NCBI GenBank assembly: GCA_042216675.1
Contig: JBDGTS010000052.1
Location: 1 to 36,000, forward strand
DNA length: 36,000 nucleotides
Direction of reading: 5' to 3'
From: Halobacteriaceae archaeon
Lineage (GTDB): Archaea > Halobacteriota > Halobacteria > Halobacteriales > Halobacteriaceae
Position numbers and translations under genes: made by a program. The notes under the pieces were generated by a model, which worked only from the letters and a program-made list of their open reading frames with translations, did not search any database and was not told where the DNA came from. Within the stretch, counting starts at the first letter, position 1; each line of letters opens with the position of its first letter. This document shows, piece after piece, positions 35,016 through 36,000 of this stretch.

Positions 35016-35267
35016 ATGATGTTCGGGACAACCGTTCCGGCCCGCACGCCGCTACCCGGGGGAGTGCACTACCGATGTCGGCTCTGTGGCCGGACGTGTC
35101 GGGACTCGACGACGGCGACGCGGCACGTCACCCGCGACCACGGTGAACCGGACTTCGGTTGGCACGTCGAGCGCGTCCCCGAGTCCCGGCACGAGCGACC
35201 GATAGCGGCGGCCTCGAACGCCCCCCTCCGCGCCCGAGAGTGGTGGCGCCGACACGCCCCCACCTGA
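35016..35267 (+). CDS. Small C2H2 zinc-finger protein
   Basis: YRCRLCG-x11-HVTRDH. Start is either ATG 35016 or the in-frame GTG 35064. Confidence 0.55.
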   Translation: MMFGTTVPARTPLPGGVHYRCRLCGRTCRDSTTATRHVTRDHGEPDFGWHVERVPESRHERPIAAASNAPLRAREWWRRHAPT

Positions 35268-35314
35268 GGAGTCCGACGACCGACCGACGGGCCGTTCGGG
35301 TATCCCAACCCTTT

Positions 35315-35332
35315 TGACTAACTGGTTAGTAA
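35315..35332. promoter_or_regulatory. TetR-type operator candidate TGACTAAC-TG-GTTAGTAA
   Basis: ACTAAC/GTTAGT palindrome overlapping the AT-rich promoter ~14-30 bp upstream of the tetR ATG. Confidence 0.65.
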
Positions 35333-35345
35333 GTACGGACAGCGA

Positions 35346-35939
35346 ATGGACACCGAAGCCTCTGACGAGATCCTTGGAGCCACCTACCGCGCCCTCTGCA
35401 AGCACGGCCACGCCGACCTGACCATGCAGCGCATCGCCGACGAGTCCTCGCTCTCCACGGCCGCCTTCCACTACCACTTCGACACGAAGGCGGACCTGCT
35501 CGACGCGTTCCTCGAGCACCTCATCGACCAGTTCGAGGACGACCTGGCCTGCGAGTCGAGCGATCCGGGCGTGCGCCTGCGGGCCTTCCTCGACGCCGTC
35601 TTCGACCCGGCGGCGTCGGCCGCCGACCGTGACTCGGACTTCCCGGTCGCACTCTACGAGATAAAGGCCCGGTCGCCCTACCAGCAGACCTACCGCGCGC
35701 GCCTGGTCGAGATGGACCGGCGGATGCACGAGGTGCTCGCGAGCGCGGTGCGCGACGGCGTCGAGGCCGGCCGGTTCGACGAGGCGGACCCCGACGAGGT
35801 GGCCCGCTTCGTCGTCACCCTCATCAACGGGGCGCACTCGCGGCAGGTCGCCCTCGGCGAGGACCCGGAGACGACGCGTGCGCTGGTGGAGGACTACCTC
35901 GAACGACGCCTCGGGTGGTCCCCGGAGGTGGTCGCGTGA
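35346..35939 (+). CDS. TetR/AcrR family transcriptional regulator
   Basis: ILGATYRALCKHGHADLTMQRIADE...FHYHFDTKADL HTH, C-terminal GVEAGRF. Confidence 0.95.
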   Translation: MDTEASDEILGATYRALCKHGHADLTMQRIADESSLSTAAFHYHFDTKADLLDAFLEHLIDQFEDDLACESSDPGVRLRAFLDAVFDPAASAADRDSDFPVALYEIKARSPYQQTYRARLVEMDRRMHEVLASAVRDGVEAGRFDEADPDEVARFVVTLINGAHSRQVALGEDPETTRALVEDYLERRLGWSPEVVA

Positions 35940-36000
35940 GCGAGCGTCCAGAGCGAACGCGAGTACGCCGACGCGAAGCGTCGGAGGTGGTCGCGTGAGC
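35923..36000 (+). repeat. 19-bp direct repeat CGGAGGTGGTCGCGTGAGC (35923-35941 and 35982-36000) flanking a 40-bp hairpin-bearing insert
   Basis: Exact duplication of the SD + GTGA stop/start junction. The insert carries a GACGC-GAA-GCGTC hairpin. Confidence 0.8.

Overview
High-GC DNA with acidic ORFs and haloarchaeal signature families (HalOD1, DUF7344-type HTH, RdfA/Sph, Tat-lipoprotein NirK), so most likely a Halobacteria chromosome or megaplasmid. About 36 CDS are supported; no rRNA, tRNA or CRISPR array was seen. Left to right: a REC-GAF signalling gene apparently cut by an IS end; gamma-carbonic anhydrase; TerC; a block of small regulatory and secreted genes sharing two palindromic motif families; a CysD-like gene, a sulfatase-like gene and two Cys-less asparagine-synthase-like genes; an APC-USP permease; a wHTH pair converging on a four-gene ApbE flavinylation operon; TrkAH, ZIP, a displaced DUF106 paralog, an ABC-2 exporter, MntH, Sph plus RdfA, an APC permease, CLC-CBS, nirK, an HTH-HiPIP chimeric ORF, a C2H2 microprotein and TetR. 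Best candidates for something new: (1) a minimal archaeal ApbE / heme-b membrane protein / TGAS-terminated peptide electron-transfer module; (2) the HTH-HiPIP fusion upstream of nirK; (3) the repeated CCCAA-N4/5-TTGGG and TTA-N9-TAA operators. Family calls come from motif recognition by eye, not database searches.
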